A stretch of DNA of 64,000 nt from positions 64,001 to 128,000 of the IMG/VR virus record IMGVR_UViG_3300042258_000071. One strand, given 5' to 3'. How positions within the stretch are numbered: the first letter of the stretch is position 1; each line of letters opens with the position of its first letter. The notes under the pieces are model-generated. The model saw only the letters and a list, made by a program, of their open reading frames with translations, did no database searches and was not told the DNA's origin. This DNA is from a virus (Duplodnaviria; Caudoviricetes). The translations under genes were made by a program, and so were the position numbers. This document shows positions 38,772 through 48,727 of this stretch, piece after piece.

Positions 38772-38914
38772 AGTGTCAAGACCTCCAGTAGTATAATCTT
38801 AATAAATTACTTAACGTAAAATTGTGATAGAAAATGATGTCCATATTGGGACCATTCGCTATACTATCATAAAACCCTGCACGCAGGGTAGGTTTTACTC
38901 ACACTTATTTCAGC

Positions 38915-38924
38915 TATATATAAC
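38915..38924 (+). promoter_or_regulatory. Early-type promoter motif variant TATATATAAC
   Basis: Upstream of the gyrB operon. Confidence 0.45.
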
Positions 38925-39028
38925 TACTGTGATGTCTCTTTAATAAAAGTTTATAGGACCTCCTGATCTTATGTGGTCGTATGAATTTGTTAAGTTATTT
39001 ACCTCAAAATAAAGGAAAAAGGTTACCC

Positions 39029-40657
39029 ATGACCGAGTTAGACCTTTCCTATGAAGATGGCAGTATCGCAACGCTTAAAGGTCTTGCGATCATGCGACAG
39101 TCTCCTTCTGCATATCTTCCAGATGCCGAGCATCGGGGTATCTCTCATCTTATTATTGAAGCTCTTGATAACTCTGGTGACGAAGTTCTTTTAAAAGGGG
39201 AACATGGTCAGATTGAAGTTATGTTGTGCCCTGACCCTAAACGTCAAACTGTACAAGTTATCATTGGGGATAATGGACGTGGTATCCCTCTTGGGGACAT
39301 GTGGCGTGCTCTTACACAGCCAAGTTCTTCTGGTAAATTTAACCCTAAAGGAGGCGCTTACCAGTATAGCTCTGGGCAATTCGGTGTCGGGGGTAAAGTT
39401 ACAGCAGGACTGTCCCAAGATTATCGTGCCATCAGTTATCGTGGTAAAGATGGATATGGATCTCTCCATGTTCACAAAGGGGACCATCCAGATGAGAATG
39501 TGTGGACTAAGAAGTATCTCCATCGTGACATCAAGACCGATCGAACAGGTGTTCTTACCATACTGGAGCCCGACTCCGACATTTTCACAGGGGTAGAGTC
39601 TTATTGCCCTGAAGGATGGTTTGCACTTATTGAGCGTATGAAAAAGTATGCATTCTTTCACCCTCTAACCAATATTAAATTTTATCAATCCTCAAAACCC
39701 CTCCCATCAAATGTATGGACTGTAGATCTAAGTGGTATTGATAAGATTCTAAAAGATACGATTGCAAACTCTGCGATCATTTTTGACTCTCGTACATTTG
39801 ATCGTGAGTCATGGCTGAACAATTATCTTGGGGTAAGTAAGCCCTTCGTGTGGAGCCATCATTTCATAAAACATGCCGAACCACCCAATGATAGTCTGAT
39901 GTGTGATATCCGTATACTGTATCATGATAAGGACACTGCAGCAGCTAAACTTGGGATGGTTAATTCGGTTCCTATTGACCACGGTTCTAGTAATCACATT
40001 TCAGAGCTCCTTTCCACGCTTAAAGAGAGACTTGAAACTCAGATCTCAGATAAAGCTATTCGGACGTTTTTTAAAGAGACCTACCGTCTCCCAATTTATC
40101 TTACTGTAAACGTTAAATATCAAGGTGCTAAATTTAGTGGGACAACAAAGGATGCATTCTTCTCTCAAAAATTTAGGGATGACTACAACGAGTATCTAAA
40201 CCAGTACTTCACAAAGACAGCAGAGGGTAAGGCCTCCATTGAGGAGTTGTATGCTCTTTTAGAACCTGATATTACTGAAAAATATCTTGCGTCTATAAAT
40301 GGGGCGTCTGTTGTTAAAGTTGAAAACCGTCTCTTTAAAGATCTTGCGAACCCTAATAAGTTTGCAAACTGCTTTGCTAAAGATCGTAGTGAAGCAACGC
40401 TTTTTCTTGTAGAGGGGGATTCTGCTGGTCGTGGGGTTGCTAAACTTCGTGATGGGGAGACGATGGGGATTTACTATATGAAAGGTAAATCTCTTAATGG
40501 TTTTGCCAAATGGGGTCGGGATCAAATTTCTCGTGAGATCCGTAAAAAGAAGTATGGGACGTATCACGATATCCTTAAAATTCTGAAACTCGATCCTGAT
40601 AACCCTAATCTTAATAGTCTCTATTATAACAAACTCGTAATAATGACAGACGCAGAT
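39029..40657 (+). CDS. gyrB: Type IIA topoisomerase/gyrase B subunit, exon 1
   Basis: EALDNSGDE, DNGRGIP, SSGKF, GQFGVG, LFLVEGDSAG, ending at LVIMTDAD at the intron 5' splice site. Confidence 0.9.
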
Positions 40658-41020
40658 TAAAGAATTATAGTCCACCTGATTAGAAATAATCATAGTGAAT
40701 CTTCCTTAATTGCTGGAAAGTCCTAAAGCCACATGCACTACAACGTAGTTGGAAACGACAAGCGTGATAGTTCAAAAAGCATATGGATATATGGACGATC
40801 AGCAGCGAAGCGCCTTATACATGTCGTGATGACAGCAGTGTGGTGAACGTTCAACGACTAACCGGTTGCGCGGAGTAGGGGTCAAGGGACCTCGAAATAG
40901 GAAGCATCTAAGAGTCCTTAAGGATTTAGGATGAAGATATAGTCTCGGCATATGAGGAAACCTCATAGCAGTGCTTAAGTGCACGGGTAGAGTGACAACC
41001 TAACTTTACTGAAGATATCG
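40658..41020 (+). mobile_element. Group I self-splicing intron (IA2-like), no ORF
   Basis: The exon ends in U and the intron ends in G. P1 GAU/UA..UAGUC; P3 CUUCCU(40701)/AGGAAG(40899); P4 UGCUG(40711)/CAGCA(40800); R GUUCAACGACUA; S AAGAUAUAGUC; P7 GACUA/UAGUC; P8 and P9 hairpins. Splicing restores MTDAD-SHGKHI in frame. Confidence 0.92.
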
Positions 41021-41914
41021 TCCCATGGGAAACATATCGCCTCCATCATCACAGGTAATATGTACGCCCTCTGTCCTGAGTTTGTAGAAGCAGGGAAACT
41101 CTTTGTGGTAACACCTCCTTATTACAAAATTCAATATAAGAAAGGTGATAAGGATAAAGCTCACTACATTAAAGATTATAATGATCTTGTGTTATGGTTT
41201 TGTGATCATGTTTATCGTCCAACCTTCAATATAAAGCTTGGGCATGTTCACCCGAACCCTAAAAATTTAAATAAGCGGGTCGAAACAATTCACGACTTAA
41301 ATGATCATCCAGAGGTGTTCGATGCTTTTATGCGAAACATTCTCACCTTTGGAGAGATCCTCATAAACCTAAGCCAAGAGCTCATGATAAACGCCCTTAT
41401 TCTTGAGAAGCTTACTTATATTTCGTACTATCTTGATGTTCACACCGTAGACCCCATTGCTATTAAACACATCCTATGTGCTGATGATGTCAGATATGAC
41501 GATGTTGGACACATCATCACCTTAACTTATGGCAGAGATGATTATGTCATTCCTCTTTTTAAAGTTAAGGAACGTCTAACAGATGAGCTTCTTCCTCTTT
41601 TAAACCGTATGAGATGGAAAGATCTGAGATTATATATTACTGCTAAGCGGTATAATGGCCTTAAAGATCAAGTCATGTCTCTTGGGGAATTTTATTCCCT
41701 TCTTAAAGGATTTGAGAAAGACTTTAAGATTGAGAAGCTCAAAGGTCTTGGCACCATGGAGCCCCAAGATACATACCAGACATGTATGGACCCAAGATAC
41801 CGGACCATGTATCAGATTACCTCTGTGAAGGATGTTAATTTGATATGGGATCTTCTGGGGAAAAACAGTGATAAACGAAAGAACCTGCTCATTGACCAGA
41901 CCATTAGAATTTGA
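41021..41914 (+). CDS. gyrB: Gyrase B subunit, exon 2
   Basis: SHGKHIASII...PEFVEAGKLFVVTPPYY...KLKGLGTM...TCMDPRYRTM...LLGKNSDKRK. Confidence 0.9.
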   Translation, partial: SHGKHIASIITGNMYALCPEFVEAGKLFVVTPPYYKIQYKKGDKDKAHYIKDYNDLVLWFCDHVYRPTFNIKLGHVHPNPKNLNKRVETIHDLNDHPEVFDAFMRNILTFGEILINLSQELMINALILEKLTYISYYLDVHTVDPIAIKHILCADDVRYDDVGHIITLTYGRDDYVIPLFKVKERLTDELLPLLNRMRWKDLRLYITAKRYNGLKDQVMSLGEFYSLLKGFEKDFKIEKLKGLGTMEPQDTYQTCMDPRYRTMYQITSVKDVNLIWDLLGKNSDKRKNLLIDQTIRI

Positions 41915-41939
41915 GCACATACCTGACTTTATAGAAGAG

Positions 41940-42674
41940 ATGGATCGATCCATCTCTTCTTTCTCACCTCTCAACAGTATGGAACATGTTTTTAAATCTA
42001 TCTGGTTAGAGCTCAGTAGTTTCTTAATGCATCCAACGCTTCTATCTGAAGAAATGTGCTATCATGATCTCAAGCATCCAGTGCAAATTCCAGGATACTC
42101 AGAGACCATAAATTACTTCTGCAAACACAATTATGGTACCACAGATCACTGTGCCACTTCTAAAAAAATAGAGGGGTTAAGACTTTACCCTACAACCCCC
42201 TCGGACATGCTTCAACATACTCTAGATTGGTTATATATCACACGTGAAATGTCTACTCTTAGATATCGACCTTCTACTTTAAATATTTTCAAATATCTTG
42301 GATACATCGCAATGCATCACAATAAGATCATGTATACACCCTTTAACCTTCCCTATTTTGAAGAAGGTAATTTTAAACGAAGTCTAAACGTACTCCCTCG
42401 TACAGCAGTTGGGTATCGTAAACGCATCATACACGTATCAACAAAATTAGAACGTGTTATCATCAACATCCCACGCCATGACGATGATGTCATAAAAACC
42501 TCGTACATATGTCTCGTCAGTGGATGGTGTTATATCTATCTGTGTTCTTTGTTAGAACGCGCTTATCGTTATGTAGGATATGTATCTGGTCCTAACAGAG
42601 TTCCGATTTCAAAATTTATCTCAACATTTGATCTCTTTACATCAACACTTGTTAAAGGGAACCACCTCCCATGA
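41940..42674 (+). CDS. Hypothetical protein between gyrB and gyrA
   Basis: Long ORF with uncertain start (41940 or 41979). The stop overlaps the next ATG. Confidence 0.5.
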   Translation: MDRSISSFSPLNSMEHVFKSIWLELSSFLMHPTLLSEEMCYHDLKHPVQIPGYSETINYFCKHNYGTTDHCATSKKIEGLRLYPTTPSDMLQHTLDWLYITREMSTLRYRPSTLNIFKYLGYIAMHHNKIMYTPFNLPYFEEGNFKRSLNVLPRTAVGYRKRIIHVSTKLERVIINIPRHDDDVIKTSYICLVSGWCYIYLCSLLERAYRYVGYVSGPNRVPISKFISTFDLFTSTLVKGNHLP

Positions 42675-43228
42675 GCACACTTCTGTTCACCAGAGAAGAT
42701 GTGAATAAATCCAGATCGAGCGAACTCATAAGACTCTTAAGAGTCATTGCGTATCGTCTGGGTATTGATAATTCAGCCTTTGCAAAACAGCATTATAACT
42801 GGTGTATGCGAGTTGGATATCAAAAATCAAAAACACAAGGCCTGTATAATAACCACCGGAGTATGGTGACATCGAATACAACGATGTCCATCAAGACCTT
42901 TTTCATATTCATTAAAGAGTGGATGAACTTCTCTATTGTTAGACTTTCAGTAACACTCCTCGATCCCGAGACTGGGAAGGAGATGGTTTTTCACAGTGAT
43001 GACATTGTCGATGATGATGATGCTGGAAGTCATAGTCCAACGAACCTTCCTGATATTGACATGGCGATTGATTTCGCAATTCGAAATGCTCCCGCATGTA
43101 AAAGTGCTGAGGAAAAGCAGTGGTTAATTGATCAGGTATTAAGATCACTCACAAAAGATACCTATAATGAGGCGATTAAACTATCTCCAGAAAAATGGGA
43201 AGTTGGAACGCCTCCTAAGGTTACATAA
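42671..43228 (+). CDS. Hypothetical protein
   Basis: 185 aa, ATGA-coupled to the upstream ORF. Confidence 0.55.
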   Translation: MSTLLFTREDVNKSRSSELIRLLRVIAYRLGIDNSAFAKQHYNWCMRVGYQKSKTQGLYNNHRSMVTSNTTMSIKTFFIFIKEWMNFSIVRLSVTLLDPETGKEMVFHSDDIVDDDDAGSHSPTNLPDIDMAIDFAIRNAPACKSAEEKQWLIDQVLRSLTKDTYNEAIKLSPEKWEVGTPPKVT

Positions 43229-43331
43229 GCTGCAATAACATTCAAATACGTGAGGACACTTTATAAGAGGAGTGTCCTCACCTCTTTTCATTAACACATT
43301 TTTGACCAAAATTAGACAATTGGGAAACCAC

Positions 43332-45575
43332 ATGAGTGATGTGCAGAAAACATATGAAGTTAAGAAGGCCATTGGAATCGATGCATCAGACCTCATTAGA
43401 GATCACCATATCGAATATGGAGAAGACATCTTTAAAAATCATTTCCCTCAAATAGGGGATGGTCTTAAAACTCTTTATCGAAGAATTCTTTGGGCACTTC
43501 AAGATACAGACGACTCAATTAAGGCTACTGCAGCCATTGCCTTAGTTATGAAATATCACCCTCATGGAGATACTTCTATTTATGATGGGATCGTTCGACT
43601 TGGAGCATATCTCCCTGATCCTAAAAACAAGTCGGCACCAAGAGAGGGTATCGTCTTTAATCCGCCACTTCTAAAAGCTATCGGTAATATGGCGGACCCA
43701 AATTTCTATGCAGCACCTCGATATACCAATGTTGCTATGGGGGAGTTTGGGAGAGATTTATTCTTTAAGGGGATTGAAAAGGCATCTATACCCATCACCC
43801 TTAATAGTGATGGATTTATCGAACCTCTATATCTCATCCCTGCTATACCTACAAATCTGTATTTTGGTAATACAACCGTCGGGTTCGGCCATGGATCTAA
43901 ACTTCCCCCTCGAAATTTTAATGAGGTGTGTGATCTTGCCATTGCATACTGTGATCATATTGGAAAGTTCGGGTTCGACATCCAGTACCCTTTTGAGATA
44001 GGGAAACATGCGTCCAAGCTTCTCCCAGATTTTTATATGGATAACGTCATTCTTAATGAAGACGCTCTTCTCAAAGCATATCGTCTCGGGGAATTCGATC
44101 ACGAGATCATATATACAGGATCAGTAATACTTACAAAAGATACGATTCATATTAAATCTCTCCCATATGGATCTTCAAAAAGTGCGTATGAGAAGTTGCA
44201 AGCCCTTCTCTTAGATCGAAAAATGAAGAACTCTTTTCTAGATCAAAACATCACAGATATCATGGACGAACCTGATCGGGCAACTGTGTATCTTAAGAAG
44301 AACAGTGTGTCAGTATTTGAAGTATGGCATGCTCTAAAACAACACATCGAATTTACAACAAGCTTCCATCCGAATTATAACTATTGTACTCCAAATGGTC
44401 ATCTCAATATAGATGTGGATGTTAACGTTCTTCTAGAGGTTTGGTATAAACGAAGAAGCTCTCTCATCTTAGGGACTAAAAGGAGACAACTCGAAAGACT
44501 TGCAAAAGCGATCCGTATTGTCGATGCACGATTGAACATTATCGAAAATACGGATAAAGCACTTAGGATCATTCGAAATAATGACATGGATAATGCTATT
44601 CAACTCCTTATGAAAAGTTTTAAACTATCATACTCTCAAGCAGACTACATCGTCACATCACGACTATCCATATTAACTAAGACGGGTCGTCAAGAACTCT
44701 TAGATGAACATGTTCGTCTTAAAGAGAAATTTAAAGAATTACAAGACAGTTTTCATCTCATCCCTAAAGAGATTATCTCAGATATTCTAGATCTTAAAAA
44801 GAAGTATCATCGAACGCGAATTACAAAAGTCCCTCATTATGTTGGATGTGTGAAACTAGGCTCTGGATATGCCCAAATAAGTGACTTTTCAGAGCTTGAA
44901 ACTCTTCTTTTAGACTTCCCCCGGGTACCTACCCAGGTCATCGATTATCAGCATAATAACGTCATGGTGATCGATCGAAAAGGGCGAGTCTTACAGAACC
45001 CAAAAGAGAAGTATGGTGAAGGAGATATCTATCTCACACCCCCATCTTTTCCTCATACAGTTCACCTGGCTCCAGATAAGACAGGTATGTGTGTAAAAGG
45101 TATTGTTCCTTATAGTGGGAGTGGAAAACTCTTCTATGCATCTCTTAGATCTAAAATTGTTTATAAAGATGGTTGGGTTAAATCTGAGAAAATCACGGAC
45201 GTTCTAAGTGTTCGTAAAACCATCTCTCGGGGGGCGAAGACAGATATCATTGCTGTGTATCCTAATTATCTTAAAGAACATTTTATCGTGATTGTAAGTG
45301 ATAAAGATTTAAATGTCCTAACCTTATATCGCGTTCCTGAAGGCTCTGAAGCAAAACTTGTCATGAACCAAGTTGGCATGAAGCACGTTATTGCACATGA
45401 GACCGGTAAAGACTGGTATTTAGACATCCCTGATAAGTATCTAACGCGAGGGAATGTAAGACTGTTTAACATCATTGATGCTCATGAATTACTTGGTACC
45501 AACAATCGTACCCGGATTGAAGTCACTGCTTCTAAATGGAGACGACATTCTCTTTTTAATGTCATCTCATACTAA
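43332..45575 (+). CDS. gyrA: Type IIA topoisomerase/gyrase A subunit
   Basis: DGLKTLYRRILW, KYHPHGDTSIYD, catalytic AAPRYT, G-T-VGFG, LSYSQADYI, beta-rich C-terminal domain. Confidence 0.88.
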   Translation: MSDVQKTYEVKKAIGIDASDLIRDHHIEYGEDIFKNHFPQIGDGLKTLYRRILWALQDTDDSIKATAAIALVMKYHPHGDTSIYDGIVRLGAYLPDPKNKSAPREGIVFNPPLLKAIGNMADPNFYAAPRYTNVAMGEFGRDLFFKGIEKASIPITLNSDGFIEPLYLIPAIPTNLYFGNTTVGFGHGSKLPPRNFNEVCDLAIAYCDHIGKFGFDIQYPFEIGKHASKLLPDFYMDNVILNEDALLKAYRLGEFDHEIIYTGSVILTKDTIHIKSLPYGSSKSAYEKLQALLLDRKMKNSFLDQNITDIMDEPDRATVYLKKNSVSVFEVWHALKQHIEFTTSFHPNYNYCTPNGHLNIDVDVNVLLEVWYKRRSSLILGTKRRQLERLAKAIRIVDARLNIIENTDKALRIIRNNDMDNAIQLLMKSFKLSYSQADYIVTSRLSILTKTGRQELLDEHVRLKEKFKELQDSFHLIPKEIISDILDLKKKYHRTRITKVPHYVGCVKLGSGYAQISDFSELETLLLDFPRVPTQVIDYQHNNVMVIDRKGRVLQNPKEKYGEGDIYLTPPSFPHTVHLAPDKTGMCVKGIVPYSGSGKLFYASLRSKIVYKDGWVKSEKITDVLSVRKTISRGAKTDIIAVYPNYLKEHFIVIVSDKDLNVLTLYRVPEGSEAKLVMNQVGMKHVIAHETGKDWYLDIPDKYLTRGNVRLFNIIDAHELLGTNNRTRIEVTASKWRRHSLFNVISY

Positions 45576-45582
45576 CCTTAGT

Positions 45583-45608
45583 ATAGGAGTGGGTTAACCC
45601 ACTCCTAT
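45583..45608. terminator. Palindrome / terminator after gyrA
   Basis: ATAGGAGTGGGTT|AACCCACTCCTAT followed by a T-run. Confidence 0.8.
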
Positions 45609-45660
45609 CTTATTTTTTTTCAATGGTATGTACTTTAACACTTTAAAGGATTGATTTGCC

Positions 45661-46167
45661 ATGAGTGTTACTATAGGACTATGGGTTCTTACAATTCTAA
45701 TATCGGGTACGCTGTATCGCATCCCTCGTGGAGGTGGACTTGGACCTGGTAAATCTTTTGAAGGTGCTCTTATTTGGGCACTGACATCAGCCCTTCTTAT
45801 GTGGGTAACTCTCAGTGCACTGAACTGGTGGATGATCCCTGTTATTGTAGTCCTTATGATGTTTGGGGAAGCCCCTGGGTGGAGTCAGTGGTGGCCAAAC
45901 TCTCCTACCGCTTCTAAGGTTCGACTCTCATTGCGAGGAATGCTTCTCCTTAATCCCCTAATGGGGCCCATTTATTTTTATTTTTATGAACAAAGAGAGC
46001 GCCTTCCTCTTAATAGTGGATTTTTTGATGGATGGACGGGGTGGTCTGAAATTGTATCTGGTATGGTTACTATTACAGGTTATCTTATTTTGTTTAGTTT
46101 CTATAAAGAAGAGTATGTTTATACTTGGATCATTAAGCCTCTTCAGTCTTCATTTTTAATGTTTTAA
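45661..46167 (+). CDS. Integral membrane protein
   Basis: RBS AAAGGA, several TM segments, Trp/Gly-rich. Stand-alone between two palindromes. Confidence 0.65.
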   Translation: MSVTIGLWVLTILISGTLYRIPRGGGLGPGKSFEGALIWALTSALLMWVTLSALNWWMIPVIVVLMMFGEAPGWSQWWPNSPTASKVRLSLRGMLLLNPLMGPIYFYFYEQRERLPLNSGFFDGWTGWSEIVSGMVTITGYLILFSFYKEEYVYTWIIKPLQSSFLMF

Positions 46168-46181
46168 TATAACAACGAGAG

Positions 46182-46211
46182 GATAAGGGGTAGCATATGC
46201 TACCCCTTATC
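46182..46211. terminator. Intergenic palindrome / terminator
   Basis: GATAAGGGGTAGCAT|ATGCTACCCCTTATC. Confidence 0.75.
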
Positions 46212-46255
46212 TTTATAGTGCCTGTTGGTGATGGTATAGTTTATACAGATTTTAC

Positions 46256-46939
46256 ATGAAAGTGATTGGTATGACCCCTAAACGTAAAAAAGTTCAAGAT
46301 CGTATTTTACAGATTGTTAAAACTGCAGATCCTACAGGGCTCAATGCACAGCGATATGAGAAGTTATTTGATAGGTTAGATGATAAACAATTCCACCATT
46401 GGATGGAAGAATTAAGAGTGAATAAAAATAATCGAAAATTAACGCTGTTTGCACCAAATCTTAAAAATAATCTGAAGGTAGATAATTTACTAAAAGCTGC
46501 AGATGCATTGAATCTTAAATTGTTTGAACGTGTTAGGATTTATGATGCTGTCTCCAAACGTTACTTTTTAACACCTGTAGAATATCTCATATTGGATCTC
46601 CCCGTTCGGAGACTTAAACAATCTCTTGAAGACAAGATGTCGATTCCAACTTCAGATCGAAGAACTTCACAGTTGACAGGTCAGGTCATAAAGCCAGATG
46701 CGTCATCATCGGTCTCGATGGTTGAACAACAGATTATGGTTTCTAAAGGCCTTATTAAAGTTGCAACAGAACTTGGGAACATTCGAGGGGGTAACATTGA
46801 AGGGTATGCCTCTTTTGTATCGGATATCGAAAATACCGGGACAGGTAATTTATCAGAAGTAGATCCTTCCACACGACCAAGGTCTGCCGATACTGTAAGA
46901 AGCCTCTTCCTCGCCATGCATCTCGATAATAATCTTTAA
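46256..46939 (+). CDS. Virion RNA polymerase beta-like C-terminal subunit (phiKZ gp149-like)
   Basis: LFER, LPVRRLKQSLEDKMSIP...LTGQV...S-VEQQ...RGGN...FLAMHLDNNL. Confidence 0.8.
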   Translation: MKVIGMTPKRKKVQDRILQIVKTADPTGLNAQRYEKLFDRLDDKQFHHWMEELRVNKNNRKLTLFAPNLKNNLKVDNLLKAADALNLKLFERVRIYDAVSKRYFLTPVEYLILDLPVRRLKQSLEDKMSIPTSDRRTSQLTGQVIKPDASSSVSMVEQQIMVSKGLIKVATELGNIRGGNIEGYASFVSDIENTGTGNLSEVDPSTRPRSADTVRSLFLAMHLDNNL

Positions 46940-46954
46940 AGGTGTAAATGTATC

Positions 46955-48625
46955 ATGAGTTTATTTGACAGAACACTCATCGGATCAACGACGTCATCCC
47001 CTTCTCTTGCAGCAACACCTTATGTTACGAAGAACTTTCCAAGTAGAGCAACTAAGATTATAAAAATGGCACAACGTGTTGGACGGGCAGTCCCTAACAC
47101 GACGGCAGAATTAGAAGACCTCATAAAGTTAAATCAGGACATGGATGCCCAGGCGTCAGCATTAGTACCGACACCTTATATTCTAAAGAATTTTCCTAAT
47201 AGGGCAGATAAGATTGTAAAGATGGCCCAGCGTGTTGGGTCATCAGTTCCTACTACAACAGCTGAACTTGAAGAACTTATACGCTTAAACAAAGAGAAAG
47301 ATGCTCAAGCTGCTGCCACCCTTGGATCATCAACACCTTCAAGTTCAGCAACTGCTGCATCCGTTGCAAATGGATCTGGGTCAGACTTGGGAACAAGTAT
47401 ATTCTCATCTGCATCTGCAAGTCGAACCACTTCTTCAACCTCTCCTCAGATTTCAAAAACATCTAAAGATCCAGTCTTTCAAGCTTTTAATACAAAAGCT
47501 AAAACAGCAGCATCCGCTTTTTCCACCAATTCTACAACAGGGGGTGTTGACCCTCTAAAGCCTGGAACGACATATGCTAAAACCGTACTCTCAGCAGATC
47601 AATTTGAGAAGCTAGCAACCATTGCAGCGCGTCTCGGTAAGGGTGGGGATGTTAATACTGCTCGAGGGGTATCAGACGTTTTATCCTTTGCAGGGGATCT
47701 TGTAAAAACACAAACCTTCACACCTGAATTCTTATCTTCTGGTAAAGGACCTTTTGAACAAGCAGAAGCTTATGTTAATACACTTGTTGATGATATCGAA
47801 GTCCCAGAGTCTCTTAAGAAAGTTGGACAGTTTATAACCAAGTCTATCAATTCTCATGGATCCCTTGTTGGTGCTGCAAATGACATTATTGAAAAAGGTG
47901 TTACAGAGGGACTTCCTTTAATTGCAGATGAATTTGGGAAAGCGATTCCTAATATTCCAATTAATTTAGATCCTAATGTTTTAAACGCTCTAAAAGGGAT
48001 CGCATCCGCTACTCTCGGTATTGCTACAGATGCGATGTGCAGTAATGCATATCCTTATGGGTATAATCAAAATTTATTCAATTCTCTTTTAGGATTTACA
48101 GCGTCTGAGGGGATCTTATGTATGCTCATGGGGTTTCTTCAAACAAATCATTTTAATGCAACCTCTCGAAATATCCTTAGGAATAACTCATGGGATATCT
48201 CAAACAAAGGTATGGCATCCATTCTTAATGCTGTTGCGATCTCAGTCGGACCAGGTACTCTTAAGAATAGCCTTGGGATGGCTACGAATATCGTGAGAAA
48301 AGGATATACGTCGTATGATGCTGCTGAAATTGCAGATACGATCGACACTCTAGGGTTAGAAGTGAAAACGGTTTTTGCCCATCAAAATAAAACAATCCCT
48401 CACACGATCTGGAATCCAGATAAGATCAATGCTGCAAATAGTTCTACTGTAGATCATCTCACACAAGAAGAGTTTTCAGTCTTGATGAATGAGTCTCGGG
48501 AGTTAGAAATCCCTGGTACTGACCTACCATGGAATACTCCTTCATCAGGATCTTCAAATATTGACAATCTTCCTTGGTTAGAAGCCTCCTCAACGGTTAC
48601 AGATCTTCCTTGGTTAAAATCATAA
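46955..48625 (+). CDS. Probable virion protein with a 52-aa tandem repeat and a (D/N)LPW tail
   Basis: 556 aa with a Ser/Thr-rich linker. Repeats are described under findings. Confidence 0.55.
   Translation: MSLFDRTLIGSTTSSPSLAATPYVTKNFPSRATKIIKMAQRVGRAVPNTTAELEDLIKLNQDMDAQASALVPTPYILKNFPNRADKIVKMAQRVGSSVPTTTAELEELIRLNKEKDAQAAATLGSSTPSSSATAASVANGSGSDLGTSIFSSASASRTTSSTSPQISKTSKDPVFQAFNTKAKTAASAFSTNSTTGGVDPLKPGTTYAKTVLSADQFEKLATIAARLGKGGDVNTARGVSDVLSFAGDLVKTQTFTPEFLSSGKGPFEQAEAYVNTLVDDIEVPESLKKVGQFITKSINSHGSLVGAANDIIEKGVTEGLPLIADEFGKAIPNIPINLDPNVLNALKGIASATLGIATDAMCSNAYPYGYNQNLFNSLLGFTASEGILCMLMGFLQTNHFNATSRNILRNNSWDISNKGMASILNAVAISVGPGTLKNSLGMATNIVRKGYTSYDAAEIADTIDTLGLEVKTVFAHQNKTIPHTIWNPDKINAANSSTVDHLTQEEFSVLMNESRELEIPGTDLPWNTPSSGSSNIDNLPWLEASSTVTDLPWLKS
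47015..47326 (+). repeat. Coding tandem repeat, 2 x 156 nt (52 aa)
   Basis: TPYVTKNFPSRATKIIKMAQRVGRAVPNTTAELEDLIKLN... versus TPYILKNFPNRADKIVKMAQRVGSSVPTTTAELEELIRLN... Confidence 0.85.
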
Positions 48626-48632
48626 TTTAGAG

Positions 48633-48664
48633 ATAAGAGAGTGGGGATCTCCCCACTCTCTTAT
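48633..48664. terminator. Intergenic palindrome / terminator
   Basis: ATAAGAGAGTGGGGA-TC-TCCCCACTCTCTTAT. Confidence 0.75.
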
Positions 48665-48727
48665 TTATATATCTATATGAATGAATACGGTATGTATGTG
48701 TTCTAGGAAAGTCATACCGTTCTAAGA

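Noticed and set aside
40658-41020. Stop read-through, ribosomal bypass, intein or gyrB pseudogene as an explanation for the gap (363 nt is a multiple of 3)
   Set aside because: There is more than one in-frame stop (40658, 40724) and no intein motifs. A complete group I core explains the gap.
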